A stretch of 64,000 bases of DNA from Tubiluchus corallicola. Taxonomy: Eukaryota > Animalia > Priapulida. The stretch covers positions 372,001-436,000 of the forward strand of contig JAQGDQ010002374.1 in NCBI GenBank assembly GCA_030141605.1, written 5' to 3'. The translations under genes were made by a program, and so were the position numbers. Shown piece by piece: positions 28,001 through 43,000 of this stretch; positions within the stretch are counted from its first letter, which is position 1; each line of letters starts with the position of its first letter. The notes under the pieces were generated by a model that was given only the letters and a program-made list of their open reading frames with translations, did no database searches and was not told where the DNA came from.

Positions 28001-31000
28001 ACAAAGTTATAGGCCTGTTCATTAAATTTGATATAGTGTAGCTCTTGGAAGGACCTGGAAACCCACTATATTTTGCTCTAAATGTCAAAAGTCGAGGTCA
28101 CATGGTCAATAATAAATTTTCCCCATGGTGACTTTATGAGAATGCATGGATTTGTACCTCTATTGAGGGTTCTCACACTAGTTTTTTCTCTGCTGTTTAC
28201 AAGTGCTTATAATATAAGTGTGATTTTACAAGCTTTCATTGTGTTCGCACCCTTATGCAGCATACACACTGCCACTTTATGAAATCATCGTGATAATGGG
28301 GCATCGACGTAAATGAACGCTAAGTGTGTACATACCATGATCACATCAAAATTAAATATGCGTAATTTTTTCACGATACACTGTTAATGCATGACTGTGA
28401 GAAATGACGATGTTGCTTCACATCGTTATAAAGTAACAGTGTGTATACCAATTTAAACCAGTATAATTTATTTACACTGTATAAGCAGGCAATGTGAACT
28501 CATTTTTTCTCCTGGTAGCAGAGTTCACCCTTTTAATTTTTTAATAAATAAAAATTGTTTACAAGTTTCTGATTTTCATTATTATATGGAAGACAGTAAC
28601 AGTCTACACAGTTTGCAATTTAAAATAATCATTTTTTGTTAATTAGTGAGAGCTCAGTGTTTGTTTTTAGTGTGCTAAAAAGTCTACACTTTCGCTTTTT
28701 TTATTTTTTAGCATTATTCTCATTTTATCTCATATTAAACTTATATACAGTGCATCAACACAGCGCATAACTGTAATTCTTTATAAACATCGAAGCACTT
28801 TAAACTAACTAGAATCTTTAGCTGTTTTCACCTTAGGCAATTTAAAACAATGTGGTTTCTCCGCTATAGCTCCAGAGAGCAAAGAACGAAAGAACTCATC
28901 AAATTTATGTCTGCTATTATTGTCCAATGTTCCAGCTACTGTCCACACTACAGAGAATATGAAAAATATCTGCAAAAACAGTGTCACCTGGAAAACAAAA
29001 GCACTTTCTTTACAATTTAATTTGTGTTTAAATAACAAATGAAAACTACTTCAGGCAGAAGAACTTGACCGATACAACTTCTCAAGTAGTAAGACAATGC
29101 TGTCACAATGTTCTCACAATATTTTATGCAAATATTGAGATAATACAGAAATGTGGACTTCCACAACATTGGAACTATATTTTTTGACAATATTTTTTTC
29201 AATATTGTGACAGTGTTGTGATGATATTGGTACCAATATTGAAACAATATTGTACCAATATTTTTTGACAATACTTTTTTCCATATTGTGACAATGTTGT
29301 TACCAATATGATCACAACATTGTCACAACATGGAAAAATATTGTCAAAAATTATTGTACAAAAATTGGTACAATGTTTTGGCAAGTCCACATTTACAAAT
29401 TGTCCCAATATTTGCAAAAATATTGTCACAACATTGTAATAACATATTTTGTGCCACCTGGATTACAGCAGCAAGAATTTCAGAATTTTTGGAAGTTTGT
29501 TAATCTTTGTAACATTATACAGACAACCCTCAAATGAAAAAAATTGGATAATAAATTTCTTGCTGGAGAAGAAAGGAAGGAAAGGAAAACAGGACAACCT
29601 ACTCTTCATGCCACTCAAAATTTCAGCCACTTATCTAAGTATTTGACAGTACCATAAGATAACAAAGCTTAATAACATAACACAGGATGAACAAAAACAA
29701 TTTTTACCAAAGTCTTGCAGAATGCACAGAATAAGCCACAAAATAAAATGAAACAGACACATTTTGTCTACTAATAACCTGTGTAAAGGTGGATCAGTGT
29801 CATTCTTGCATCTTATTATCATTTTAACATCCGCAAAGGTATGACTCCATGTGTATGTAATGCGTGATGCGTGATCCGTAATGCGTATGCAACAGTTTAT
29901 ATTTAAACATGTAAGAGTGTTTCCATGTGTTAGTAATGAAAGAGTGCCGTGAGCTTTCTTAATAGCGTTTACAGACACACATACCTGAGCAGGGTTGACA
30001 GTGGTCACACTAGTCATTGAGCCCATGTCTACAGAATATGTGATATTCTCAATCAGACAAGAAAACAGTCTCATTAAAGACTGCGCCAAATGGAGTTGTG
30101 ACGTCTGGAGAAACAGGTTGCATTCGTGACGAACGAAATCAAAACATGACGGAACTAACCAATCAAATAGCTCATTAACAAGTTTTGCTTGCTCGATGCT
30201 GTATGCTTCCTTAAGCTTGTATATAAATGAATCCTTAAGTGGTTGCCAGCCCAACTGCAGCAAAAATTCAAGCTATACAGTTTCATTTAAAGAACGACAG
30301 GATGATTTTTCACATACTATCCCATTTTCAAGTACGATAAAAAATATACATTTTAACAACAATAATACTGGAAAAGCATGATTGTGATAGTTAAACAATT
30401 ATTTTAAAACCTTAACTAAAGTCGGCAAGGCCAACTATTGATGACATTACAAACGAACATATTTTCAACAGCAAAGTATTCCATGAGTGCATTGCACTTG
30501 TTTGCGAAAGTGAAGATTGAAGTATAGTGCTACCGTAAAAGATTCAGTGTGTTGTACTAAAACTCGATAAGTTTAAAGATAAAAATTCAAAATTTAAAAT
30601 TTATGGACGTGCTCACGCATGAGCTGTTGAACGTGTGTACTATGTCACAAACAAACACCTCTGAACCGAGAGGTTCAGCACCTTTTTTGTGAAACACATT
30701 TCCAAAATGCAGGCGCCAGTGCTCGCCTAGCTAGCAGTAAAGAACTAGCAGTGTGAACGTGAAATTGCATTTGAGTGGTAATAAGTATTTCACGTTTCAA
30801 TATTTTAAAGAGTAGATTGTTTGACCAACATTTTAAGATTGTGTCTGGTTTTCCTTTGATTTATTTAAGCATAAGTCTGACAAATATACTTTCTTAGTAT
30901 ACTTACAAAATGATCAATAAAATGGCTAAAAATGCAGCAATTCTGAATTATAAAGTGTAATACTGGATATAGAGTAAGACAAACATCCAAAGGCTGACAT

Positions 31001-34000
31001 GTACCTCAGCTGGTTCCATGTATATCATGCCACACCTACTAACTGTAGCTGGTGATGCTTGCTCCAAATCTGCCGGTTCAAATATTAAATTCATCTTGTT
31101 ATTCATTTGAATGATCTCTCCACTCATTAAACATAACTACAGCAAAAAAGTAAAAACCAAAATAAAAAAACATTGTTACAGTTTAGAAGCAAGAAAATCG
31201 TCAATGCAAAGCCAACTTGAAAAATTGATGCTCGTAAAAATTCAGCATTTAAAACTAGTGTGGGTTGGGAATAATATGAAGCAGAGTTGCTTTTACAAGG
31301 AATGTATGACAAAGAGAAGGTATTAGCATTTGGCAGATTTTACAATTTACAACAGTTTAGCTTAAAATTGATTTGTGGACTCTCACATGATACTTGCTGT
31401 AAATCAATGGGCAAACAAGGTAGACTGTTCAGAGAACCAGAATTGTTGTTGTTATAACAAGTTTTACAAAAATCAATCAATCAAAACTTGTTCCTTATAC
31501 TTGATAGCTTTGTTTACCTACGTTTACGATGTGGCAATAGTGAATTGGCACATTCTCTAGAGTGTTATACTTAATAATAATATGTGTATATTAAGATGTT
31601 TATTTGTTTAACAAGTATAATAAACATTACTTTGACAACACATGTGCAGTGCAGATCTTGCTTCAAATTATACAAAAAGGTTCAAAACAAACAAAACACT
31701 GAGTACAGGCATATAAATATACATGCATATTTAAAATAATAAACCAACACACCATTTCACTATGTGCACGCACAGTCAAAGGTTAAGTGAACCCAGCGCA
31801 TCTTACATACAACCGTCACATACGTACGTAACTACGGGTAAAATATGTGGCTATTTTTTTCCTATACTTGCTTGTATAACTCTAAACTAACAAGCAGCAG
31901 CAATCCATGTAAAATGAAATAAATGAAACGAAAATTAATGCCAAGAACTGTTACTATTACAATAGCATGGGCTTCAAGGCATTGTCAAGTGTAAACAAAT
32001 GCGTTGTTTGGTTCAGATAATGTTGTAAGGTTCACTTAAGCTTTGATCTTTTTATGATCATCATCAATCACCAAAACTGTCAAAAGACTTATTGAAGACA
32101 CAAGCTTCAAATTATACAAAAAGGCTAAAAGCAATCAAAAAACTCGATTCATTCTACAACTCTTTGCTGTAATCTAAGTGATGATACTGGTACACAAATG
32201 CTTCATTAGTTTCTTGACTTGACTGCACACTATGACTAAATACCACATAAACTAACATAGATGCAATACCTTTCTATTATCGTCCAATACTGTATTCATG
32301 TTCTCAATCCACACAGCGTCAACTGGACCATCGAATAAAATCCACTTTCTATTTTCAGATGAGCTGCTGCTATACTGACGGAAAATGTTTGCCAATACTC
32401 CTGCAAAAACAACATAGCGTCTATATCAGTCTATTACATTAATAACGATTTCATAATGTGCAACAGTTAAATAAAAAAAATTGTTGGAGCATGTATGATA
32501 TTAATTCTATTGTTAAAGTCAGAATGCATTAAAGACACACATATTCTATAATTTCCCTCATAACGTTTTAATGTTTGTGATTATTCATTACTCACAACAA
32601 CTAGCTCATCAAAGTAACAGTCAAAGTAAACAACTGATCAAACTAATGAAAATTCCTATTTTGGCTGACAATAATTATAAATAGTAAAATAGGCCCACGA
32701 CTCTCAATCCTAGGTTAATTATTAAGAACTATCAGTATCTATATTTCAACACTGAATTATCAGCCCTACCAGTTTTTTATCCTATAATATCTTTGGAAAC
32801 TATATAAATTTACGGTGTTGTCACACTAAACTACAATTACTGAATACATAATTGAAGTAAAAAGTGTAACAGTGTATTGTCACTTTAGTTACTTTGTGAA
32901 CAAGAATTTGCTTCCGAAAACATCCAACTTTTCCTAGTAATTATATTAATTGTTAATTTAATTATTTGGCGTGTTTTTAGTATGATAAAAAACTAACATT
33001 CAATTACCATCTACTCTTTTAAGCACCAAGGCAGCCGTTTGCTAATTTTTCACTGATTAGCAAAATGTTTAAAATTTTTCAATCTAGATTCTTTCACACT
33101 TGTTTTTCTTTTGCATTACCAATTAAATTACCATATAATTATCAATTATCATTTTTTGGTATAATATGAAGTACAGTATGTTCTGATAATTATAGTATAT
33201 ATATATATATATATATATACTATATATACTATATATACAGTAGTATATATATATATATATATATATACAGTAGTCGCTGCTTAATAGACTCATTTTGGGT
33301 CCGACGTGTTTTGACCCAATTAACTGAATGAACCTATTAACCGATGGATGTAAAGTATATTACAGGTACAAAGTGTGAGTCATCAGCTTACTATGCACTG
33401 CAAAGGTTTTTAATGAATTTTAGAAACGAAGTAATGGCTAAATTCCTTCATGCAGTTAAAAGTTAGAAAAAATGTTTTAAAATATTAATTTATATAAGTG
33501 AATTAGCAATAAATTAAAAAGTGTACTTTTTAACCTTAAATCATACAAGTCTACTTATTTTCAAAAACTACAAAAATTCCTTCAAAGTCGGCTACTTTAT
33601 TTTATCATGAAGAAGTTGGCTCACAAAGTTCTCAAAATGATAAAAATGTTGAAAGTCTGTTGTTGCATGATGCACAAATGCTCATAAAATACTTGGTGCT
33701 TGGCATGCTTAAACTGTTGACGGTGCCTGTGTTTCTCCGCACCTTCGTCTGTAGCTTGGCTTAAGCTCCAGCTTGCTATTGTGACGTACTTGCTGTACTG
33801 TATTTGCATCCCTGGCATAACAGCATAACAACATCTAACTTATTAAACTTTCTGGCAAAGACTGCCAGAGCTTCAAAAGCAAACAGCTAAACAAGTGATT
33901 AAATGTTTAGCTTCTAGGAATTCTTGGGTAATGAGGTTAATTGCAGCGGACTAGCAGGTCAAAGCAAACCATTAGGCTTATACAATTAGGGTATGCTAAA

Positions 34001-37000
34001 GTAGCTAAATGTTCCTGCTTACAAACAAAACGGTACTTAACATGATTGTTTCTATGTATATTATAGGAAAAAAGCCAACTAAGATGATATAAAAGTCATA
34101 AAAGCTTATGACTCTAAGCTTTAATGACATAAAAAGTCATTAAAGTTCACACGAAAGTGTCTTATTTTTGAGCATGTGAAGGCAAAATATCGAATCAATT
34201 ATGAGGGGTTATTTGATTCAATTAAATGATTGAGTCTATTAAGCGGTGACTACTGTATATATATATATATATGATATACTCGGCCATTAATATGCTCATT
34301 TGGTGGAAAATACTATACTCTTTAGCCTCCAATACAATAATCAGCATCATACAATACAGCAACCCTGGCATAGTTAGCCATAGAAAAACATGGCTGCAGC
34401 CTCTCCAAACAATGATGTTATAATAATTATTGCATTTTGTAAGTGTATGAACGTACAAAAGAAATATAAAATTCCAGACCGTGTATGTGATTAGTAGAAA
34501 ATAGAAGTATTTTATTGTCGGCCTGAAGTAGAAAAGCATGTGTGTTTCACAACTTACCATCAGTCCATTCATGTGACACTGGATCAAAACATCCATACAG
34601 CTGTCCAATAGTAATAGCCTTTGGGTTGATTATGCTATACTGAACATCACATTCATCAAATCGCAGTGAACTACGGGGTGTTTCATACGACAATCTTTTG
34701 CTGTCGATGTCAGAAAGAGCCAGGGCTAAGATTTTATACGCGCTGGTTTTACCTCCCATGGTTTCCCCGACTATCATTAATCCATGTCGCACTGAAATTG
34801 TCTCATAAATCTGTCAAAGAAAGAAAATTATATCATGCATGCTTATTGCACAAGTAATGTGAAATTTACCCCAATCTAAATCCTCATTATCAAATCACCA
34901 GCTATATTTGCACCTTCTGGTGCAAACATAATAGTGATTTTTTTCTATTGTACTAAATGACTTATTCTGTATTCTGAATGATAACTTGAATAAAACAGAA
35001 ATTTGTAATTTACAACCTGTGCCAAAGAAAAATTTCGTAAAAGACTATGAAACAACAAAAAGAGTTGTAAGCATAAAAAGTTGTGAGAACATGTAGTCAG
35101 GAGCTTGACATTAAACATCAAAGATCTATCTATTCTCGAAATTGCCCATTCATTCTTCTTGAATACATAATCTGCATTCAATATATTTGGATTAGCAGCA
35201 GTTACCTGAATAATTTTGGTGACAAACCATGGCGTAGCTTGCAAGTTGAGCTTTGCAAGATTGTGATGAATCGCTTTAAGCAACAAGTCGTAATCCGGTG
35301 CAGGAAGTTCGATACCAGGAAATAAATCTGATATGATTCCTTTGAATAGTGGCACATCCTCAAAAACAAAATGTCACTAGTTAATTAAGCACAATTGTAC
35401 ACAAATTTTAAATTACACACATGCATGCACGCACGCACCCATGCAGCAGGCAGGCAAACACCCACCCACGCACACACACACATACACACACATATATTGC
35501 AAATATATGTAATACTTTATACGTAATACTTGGTAAAGTCTCATGGATTTACTCTCAGGAACAGTCGGATACTGTTGTGTAAAAAACACGCCATGTCAGA
35601 GCAAATTAGAGTTAGTTAAATTGCTTCGAAATTCAAACCTGTGCCAAAAACTTAGGAAGGTTGACATCATTAATTGCTCTGAGTACAAGAATGGCTTCAT
35701 CTTGATCAGGGTAAGCTAGCTTCAAATTACCGGCGGCAGTCAGCACCGCTTTCACAGCACGCATCCCGTAGTCATAGTGATGCTGAGAGGACAGCTGCTC
35801 TGAGCATAGTCTGTATGTAGCGACTATTTTACCTGACAAACTGAAGAAAGTAAATATGGGGTTATCAGGTCTTGTACAGGAAAAAACAGCACTAAGAAAA
35901 TTTGTAGAGAGGAAAGGTTAAGGAAACCTGCAGAAAGATGCAAGAAGTGGCACATGTACATAAATTCAAAATAAAAATGAAAATCGTCAACTTTCGGAAG
36001 TTTTTTAACATTAAAAAACACGAAAAGCACCAAAATACTAGAAATGTATATGATCCATCCAACGTATACAAATATAATTCTAATACTAGTAATACCTAAA
36101 AGAATCAACAAATCCAAGAGAATAGAGTGAAATCTCGCCAATCAGTGCATAGTCCGGTACCATCATAGCCACCGTGCGAAACAAAACCTAGATAAAAACA
36201 GTTTTGGTTTGGGAAAATAAACATTTGTCTGACATGGGAAAATAAACATTTGTCTGACATGGGAAAATAAACATTTGTCTGACACAAACATGGAACTAAC
36301 AAGAAAGTAAAGATACACACTTTTGGTAACTTTGTTGCATATATCATATAACAAGTATTCCTGATCATAAACAAAAATCTTAGACTACTTTACTAACTTA
36401 TCCTATTCCAAAAAGCCTAAAGGTGTGTAAATGAAACTGCACACAAAAATATTGATACAACTTGCACATTCGGGAAAGGTTAGAGCTTCTCAAATTACAA
36501 ATCCAAGATAATTTTCTGGAATGCTCATTCTAAAATTTCATGTCCTACCTTTAGATTATCTGGAAGTTCTTGTCTTCCTGCATATCCAGGGTTCATTGTT
36601 ATAAACACATTGCAGCTAGGATCCAAGGAAATCTCGGTGCCTGTTTATAACACAAAGTATGTTATGCAGTTCATTTTATTTTCTATTGCATACACAAGTG
36701 TTTTTACACATTTTTTAGTGTTCTGATTTGTTTATGTATACGTTTATACAAATGTTTCTAGCGATATTTGACCAGGGATGAGGCAGGTGATTGCAGGCTA
36801 TAATTATGCAAAATGTAGTAAAAAAGGATGACAAACAGAAAATCTAAAAGAATCAAGTGCAATACCTTCAAAAACAAACGTGCGACACTCATACGTCTTA
36901 GCTTGCTGAATACTGTAAATCTGTTGAGCAATAACCGATAACACTTCCAGTTCAATGCGATTGAACTCATCAAAGCACGACCATGCTCCAGCCTGTGCTA

Positions 37001-40000
37001 AACCCTTAAAGAACTTTCCCATGGCTTTGTAATCCAAGCCCTCAGAACAGTTAAAAACCACACACTAGTGATAGAAAAGGCATTAGTGCACCACAAATGT
37101 CAAGCTGGGCAAACAAAAAAGTGCTGGTGATAATTAAATGCATGATTATTGTTAAAAGTTCTACAAAAAAAGTGAGAAAAAAACGATGTGCCCCATCAAA
37201 AAAATTTGTTTCACTACAGACCTGTTTAGCAACAGCTTTTGCCAAGTCTTTGCAAGTTTCAGTCTTTCCAGTTCCGGCGGGACCTTCTGGCGCTCCGCCT
37301 AGATTCAATCTCAATGCACCCATTAGTGTCCTGCAAAAGTATACTGCTACTTTTCAACTTTAACTCTTATTTTTCAATGTACACTGTTACTTTTCAACGT
37401 GCACTGCTACTTTTCAATGTACACTGTTACTTTTCAACGTACACTGCTACTTTTCAACGTGCACTGCTGCTTTTCAATGTACACTGTTACTTTTCAGCGT
37501 ACACTGCTACTTTTGAATGTACACTGTTACTTTTCAACGTGCACTACTACTTTATAACGTACACTGCTACTTTTCAACGTGCACTGCTACTTTTCAATGT
37601 ACACCGTTACGAGTTTTATTCTGTTTTTCTAGATAATCTAGACCAAAAATCTAGATTAATGAGAAAAATTTGCAGCAATTAAGACCCACTGACAAATCAC
37701 AAACTTCTTCTAAAACACTTCAAAGTTTTTTTGGACGCTAACGTTGCATCTCCAAACACATAAAATAGCATATGATCCAAACTAGAACATAATAAATAAC
37801 AAATGTAAAAAATCATAAAGACTAACCGATAGCAACGGTCAGTAAGTGGTGTAATAACTAGACGACTTGAATTGCCCAAATATTCATAACCATAAGCAAC
37901 ACTAGTAGTGATCATGCGCACTATGCACTTTTCTTCTTCCATATAATACCGCAGCTGGCAAATCCACTTGAAATCTGTAGCGCTAGCAACATTGTCCTTT
38001 GCAAGCTGTGCAACTACATCTCGGGCTATACGAACAAAAACACAATTTCTATAAATAAGTAATAATGTTGTTAAAATCTAGCTGTATTAGTTTAATTTCG
38101 ATATAAATATTCTCCCTGAAGTTGCGTGTTATATTCTCTTTCTCATTAGTTTGTCATAGACAAACAAAGTAAAGGTATAAATTTCACAATTAAAACAAAA
38201 AGCTTAATCTTAGCAGTAATTGCAACTTGCTTCTTGTTCTCCACATTTTATATTCATCTGCCCAAGTAGAAAATAATCCCTGCTATAAGCACATTAATTA
38301 GGTTTAAAATATTTCAAATTACTAATTATTAAGAAATTGACAAGTTAATGTTAAAAGGGCATTATTTAAAGGGGTGGGTAGTAATTTTTCAGATAAGTAC
38401 CACATCAATAATTATAATCAACTGTGGAGGTGACATAACACCGCTCGCAACATCCCTACAGTTACACATTTGTCATCGAAAAAGTACTGACCAAGGACAT
38501 AGCACAAAAATATTACAAAATGCTACAATAACTGGAGGGGTAATACAGTCAAGAAACTGAAAACTCACCGTGAACGTCAATGATGATTAAAGCTCCCAGA
38601 GTAATTCTTGCACCAGATGAAAGATTTCCGCGAACCAGAGTGACAATGTCATTTATCTGAGAGCAGCAGATTTTCAGGTAGTCCTAGAGATATTCGGAAT
38701 TATTGCATCAGCCAGACAGTAAGAGCAAAATTCACACCAAAAGAATATTGAAATGTAACACCGAACAAAACTTGATTTAATGAAAGATTCCAATCAGGAC
38801 GCAAAGCATTACCTGATAAAAGAAGTTATCATGATTTTCTAAGGAGAAGATCTCACTGTACTATTGCTTTTAGTTTAATAAGAGCTTTTTGAGGTTTATT
38901 ATTATCTATTATCTGCTAAAAATTGTTTGTGTAACAGCCTAATCCTAACACAGTACAGTAAGCCCTCACTTAACGACGCCACCTCCCATCGGACTTTAGA
39001 AATATATCCATCACACTAAATACAGTTAAATTTAATTGCATTGCATTCGATCGGCATGACACTTTTGCACACCAACAGCCAATACTATTATACTGCCAAG
39101 GTATAAATTAATGAGGTCACCAAAAATGTTAATTATCAACGGTATCTTTACCTCTAAACCTGTTCGAGTCTCAAAAGCTTTCGTAACATCAGCAGTCCAA
39201 AACATATTGCTAGCACAGAGAACTATTTGACCAGGCCAGTCCAACACCCACTTAATGCGTGGAGTCGTCCTATATGAATCCTTGGCCCAGCAAAGCACCT
39301 GTATGTTTATATATTTGCCAATTAAATGCTTCACAGTGCTGTTTCAAAAATGTAACTGGGTTGATTTAAGCTTGAATTCACATTGGCCCCCCTGTTCTCT
39401 GTTTTAAACTGGTTTCCTTTAAGGTTGATCAACCTCTTACCTGTAAATGGCTACCCGTGGATTTAGGTCACCCACAATGCAGTTGTACATTGTTTAGCGG
39501 TATTCAGTGAGTTATAATTTCATAAATACACTTATAGAAGATCACCATGTAAGTTGATTAATTAGTTTCTTAAATCTTAAACCTTTGTTTATTAGAATAA
39601 TTAGAGTGATTAGTCAATAATTAGATTTTGTAATTTACACAAAGTAAAGTAGAACCATTTGGCATAAACATCTCAGTAAAAATTGAACAAAATTACATGA
39701 AATTCTCTTATTTGTTTTCAGATTACACGACACAAGCCACACAATTATATTATTGGAATTTCTTTATAAGAAGCTAAACTTTTTTGATTGAAAATAGTAC
39801 TGACACAGATATGACATGCACGAATATGAATGAGTAATTATTTACAGCATTCTCAGCCGCTACGAAACTCAATTATCTCCTTATAATTTCAGGAGTCAAA
39901 CTGTTCTGTTCTTTATATCTCTTTTAAAATAACTTAATTTATGCTGAATTTTGAAATGTTTAGCTTTCCCAGCGATTCTCAGTTCCCTTTAGAGAAATCT

Positions 40001-43000
40001 GCAGCACGTGCTGCGAGCCCAGTGTTTAACATGTATAGTTTACCTTTTGCAGACAAGCAATCATTCTGGTTTCAACTTTGAGAAGCCATTTCTCCACCAT
40101 ACCCTGAAAAAAGCATTTAATTACCATATTAGGATAAGCAAATTCCAGCAGTCAACTGAAGCAAGTTTTCATACACTTAAATGCACTGCAAGCCAAAATC
40201 CTGCACTCAATGACATACTACTCAACACAGATGTTTGTGGCAAGACTGGAACCTGGCTTATTATCAAGGATAACCCTATAAGATTATCCACTGTCCTAGC
40301 AGAGGTGTCTTAGCCATGTTCGGGTGCATATACCATCCTTCTGAGAGCCACAACCTGAACCATTCATGCAAAACACAGACTTGGCTATTTACTTTGCCGT
40401 ATGAAAAAAATTGCTGTAATTTTGTAAATAATGTCCACCAAAAACACATTTAAGAGCTAACCAAGTGTGCAGATAAAAGCAAAAGAAGCGTGCTGCTAGT
40501 AAACAAAACATAGTAAACAAAATTTTAAAAATTATCTGTTGTTTGCTGCCATTATATTGATAAAATTACTACATACCAAGCAATTTATTTAAGAATTTGC
40601 CAGCAAATTTTTATAGCATTTCTGGAACTGAATTGTGTGAATTGAGTGAAGGGGAAATAATAGCAAATAAACCCAAAATACCTTAGCAGCAGCTGGATTG
40701 ATCTTCTTTGTGAGTCTAACTCTTTCATCTTCAGCTGATATCATGGCTACAATCTCTAGATTTTCATTGAATTCAAGCTTGCTGATACCCTCAAAACATT
40801 TCTTCAAATGAGGTTGCACTCGTAAGGGATCTTTTGTTTCACTCAGTATCTCTAACAGCTCGTCATTGGACAGAAAGAAGAATCTAAAGTGTGCATCCAG
40901 TTTAGGATTACATAGGGAAAATGACAGCATAATAAAAATTTGAAACAGAATATATATTAATTGGGCTTTGTAGGAACACAGTCTTGTACTGTGTATCGTG
41001 ATAACTGCAATTCTTCTCACATTTCAAGAGATAAGAAACCGGATGGCCAAAAAATGAGAAGAGTTTGCAGCATCAGAAGTTACCTGTTTCTGGGTGTTTG
41101 ATTGATTACTATTTATTTCAACAAAAGCCATAATGAAATACAATTAAAATTTATATACAATCATAAACAGAAAACTACACTAAAAATACCAAAGTCAATT
41201 TATACAAAATGAGACTAAATGAGACAAAATGAGATATAAAATTTACAATGTTATCTACCATAAATTTAAGACTGTATTCCACAATTTAAAAAAATTTCAA
41301 TCTAAAATATACTTCTGAATTTACAATAAAGTGAAAAAATTATTTTTGGAAGTAAGAATTCGTTGTCTTAAACTATAGTAGCATTTTCTTCTCAAATTGC
41401 AAGAAATTTTGCAGACCAAGGTTATCACACAAAGTAGATGCACTGCCATCAGACCCAAGCAAAAATAGTTTACGAATGCCATTATTACCCTTAGAGTATT
41501 TAACACATCATTATGAAATTGTTCCAAAGTGAAAAGCCATAATAATTTTTACAATAACATTTAAGTAACTTTCAAATTATACGAGCAACACGGAATTCCA
41601 TAATGAGCAAATCTAAATGAATATAAAATAATATTGTCTGGTTTTGAATGTCAGTGTTGTCATTCTTGTCAGTGCACAAGACATATCACAGGTACTTTTC
41701 ATGTGTACTCAAGTAAACTGCATTGCCATATAGAAAAAGCACACCCAGACTAATATTCTGAAATATGCATGGGCAAAAAAATATAAATTTAGTTTTCTTA
41801 GTATTAAAGTGAATATTGTGTTTTTAAACAGCATTCAAAGTTGTGACATTTCTAGTTACCACTACTTCTGCTGTCAATCAATCATTCATGAAAATTTCAA
41901 TAATTTTCGAGATGTGTTACTTTAATCTGAACTTCAAGTTGTAACAAATTAACCAATCATGAGCTCATTTTGCATAAAAGGGAATCAATGTAAGGAGTTT
42001 TAAAGTCTGACATTTTGTATTAATTGTATATGTAATCTTTTAATCACTTCGGCTATTGCACATTGACATAACTCTTTCTACAATTTGGTTCTTGTGAAAA
42101 AAATTCACACGCATGTAGATGAGATAAAAACAGAAAATTTTATCTTCGAATGTATATTCTTAATTACATTAGCGCATGCAGTCAATTTGCGACAATGAAA
42201 TAACATAAAATGTGAAAAACAGCACGAGACTACTTGCAGCATGTACAAGAGTCTAAGAGTCTACAAGAGTTGTCATTTCAGAATGAATTAATTTCACTTA
42301 CCTAGGAAAGTACAAGCGCTTTATCTCCAAATAGCTATTCAATCCTTTCTGTATCTGATCAAGTAACTCATTACACTTGTCAAGATTTTCTTTCATGTGC
42401 TTCTGACCTGTGCAACTGATCACATTTGTGTTGTCAACCTAACGTAAAACAAAACTGAATGAATTTCTAAATTTGAAAGCATGATAGCGTTTATTACTCA
42501 ATTATGCTTGGTTCAGTGGGGTTTAGTCACGAGTGACTAATCAGTGTGCAAGGCAAATTGCTTATGACTAAATATCAATTGACTAATAGATTATACGTAT
42601 TTTCACATTTTACCTGCTATCTTGGACCCATAATTAGGGCTGTAATGATACATCAAGCTCTCAATGCGATACATGTCATGATATGCCTGAGTTAATGTTT
42701 GCAAACTTTATAAAAAATCTAGATGAAGCTGTTGATAATATATGCCAAAATAACAGAATTAACTGTTTGATTTTCATTTATTACTTGTGTAAGGTGTAGG
42801 CTATTATTAGTAAGCTGCCACAAAAGCAAAACGTTTCAATACTTTAGTTTTAAAAGTTGCTCGTGCAGCTTCTGGTTCAGCTTTGCCATTTCACAAGTTT
42901 ATATGCATGTATTGAAACTAGCGTATTACAGAATAAGCACCTTGCATTTTCAACCACTTTGGCTGTTAGCAGTGCCTGTGCAAAAACACTGTTCACTGCA

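Noticed and set aside
37239-37682. 147-aa plus-strand ORF with repeats
   Set aside because: Translation of the 20-bp minisatellite plus the antisense of exon 21
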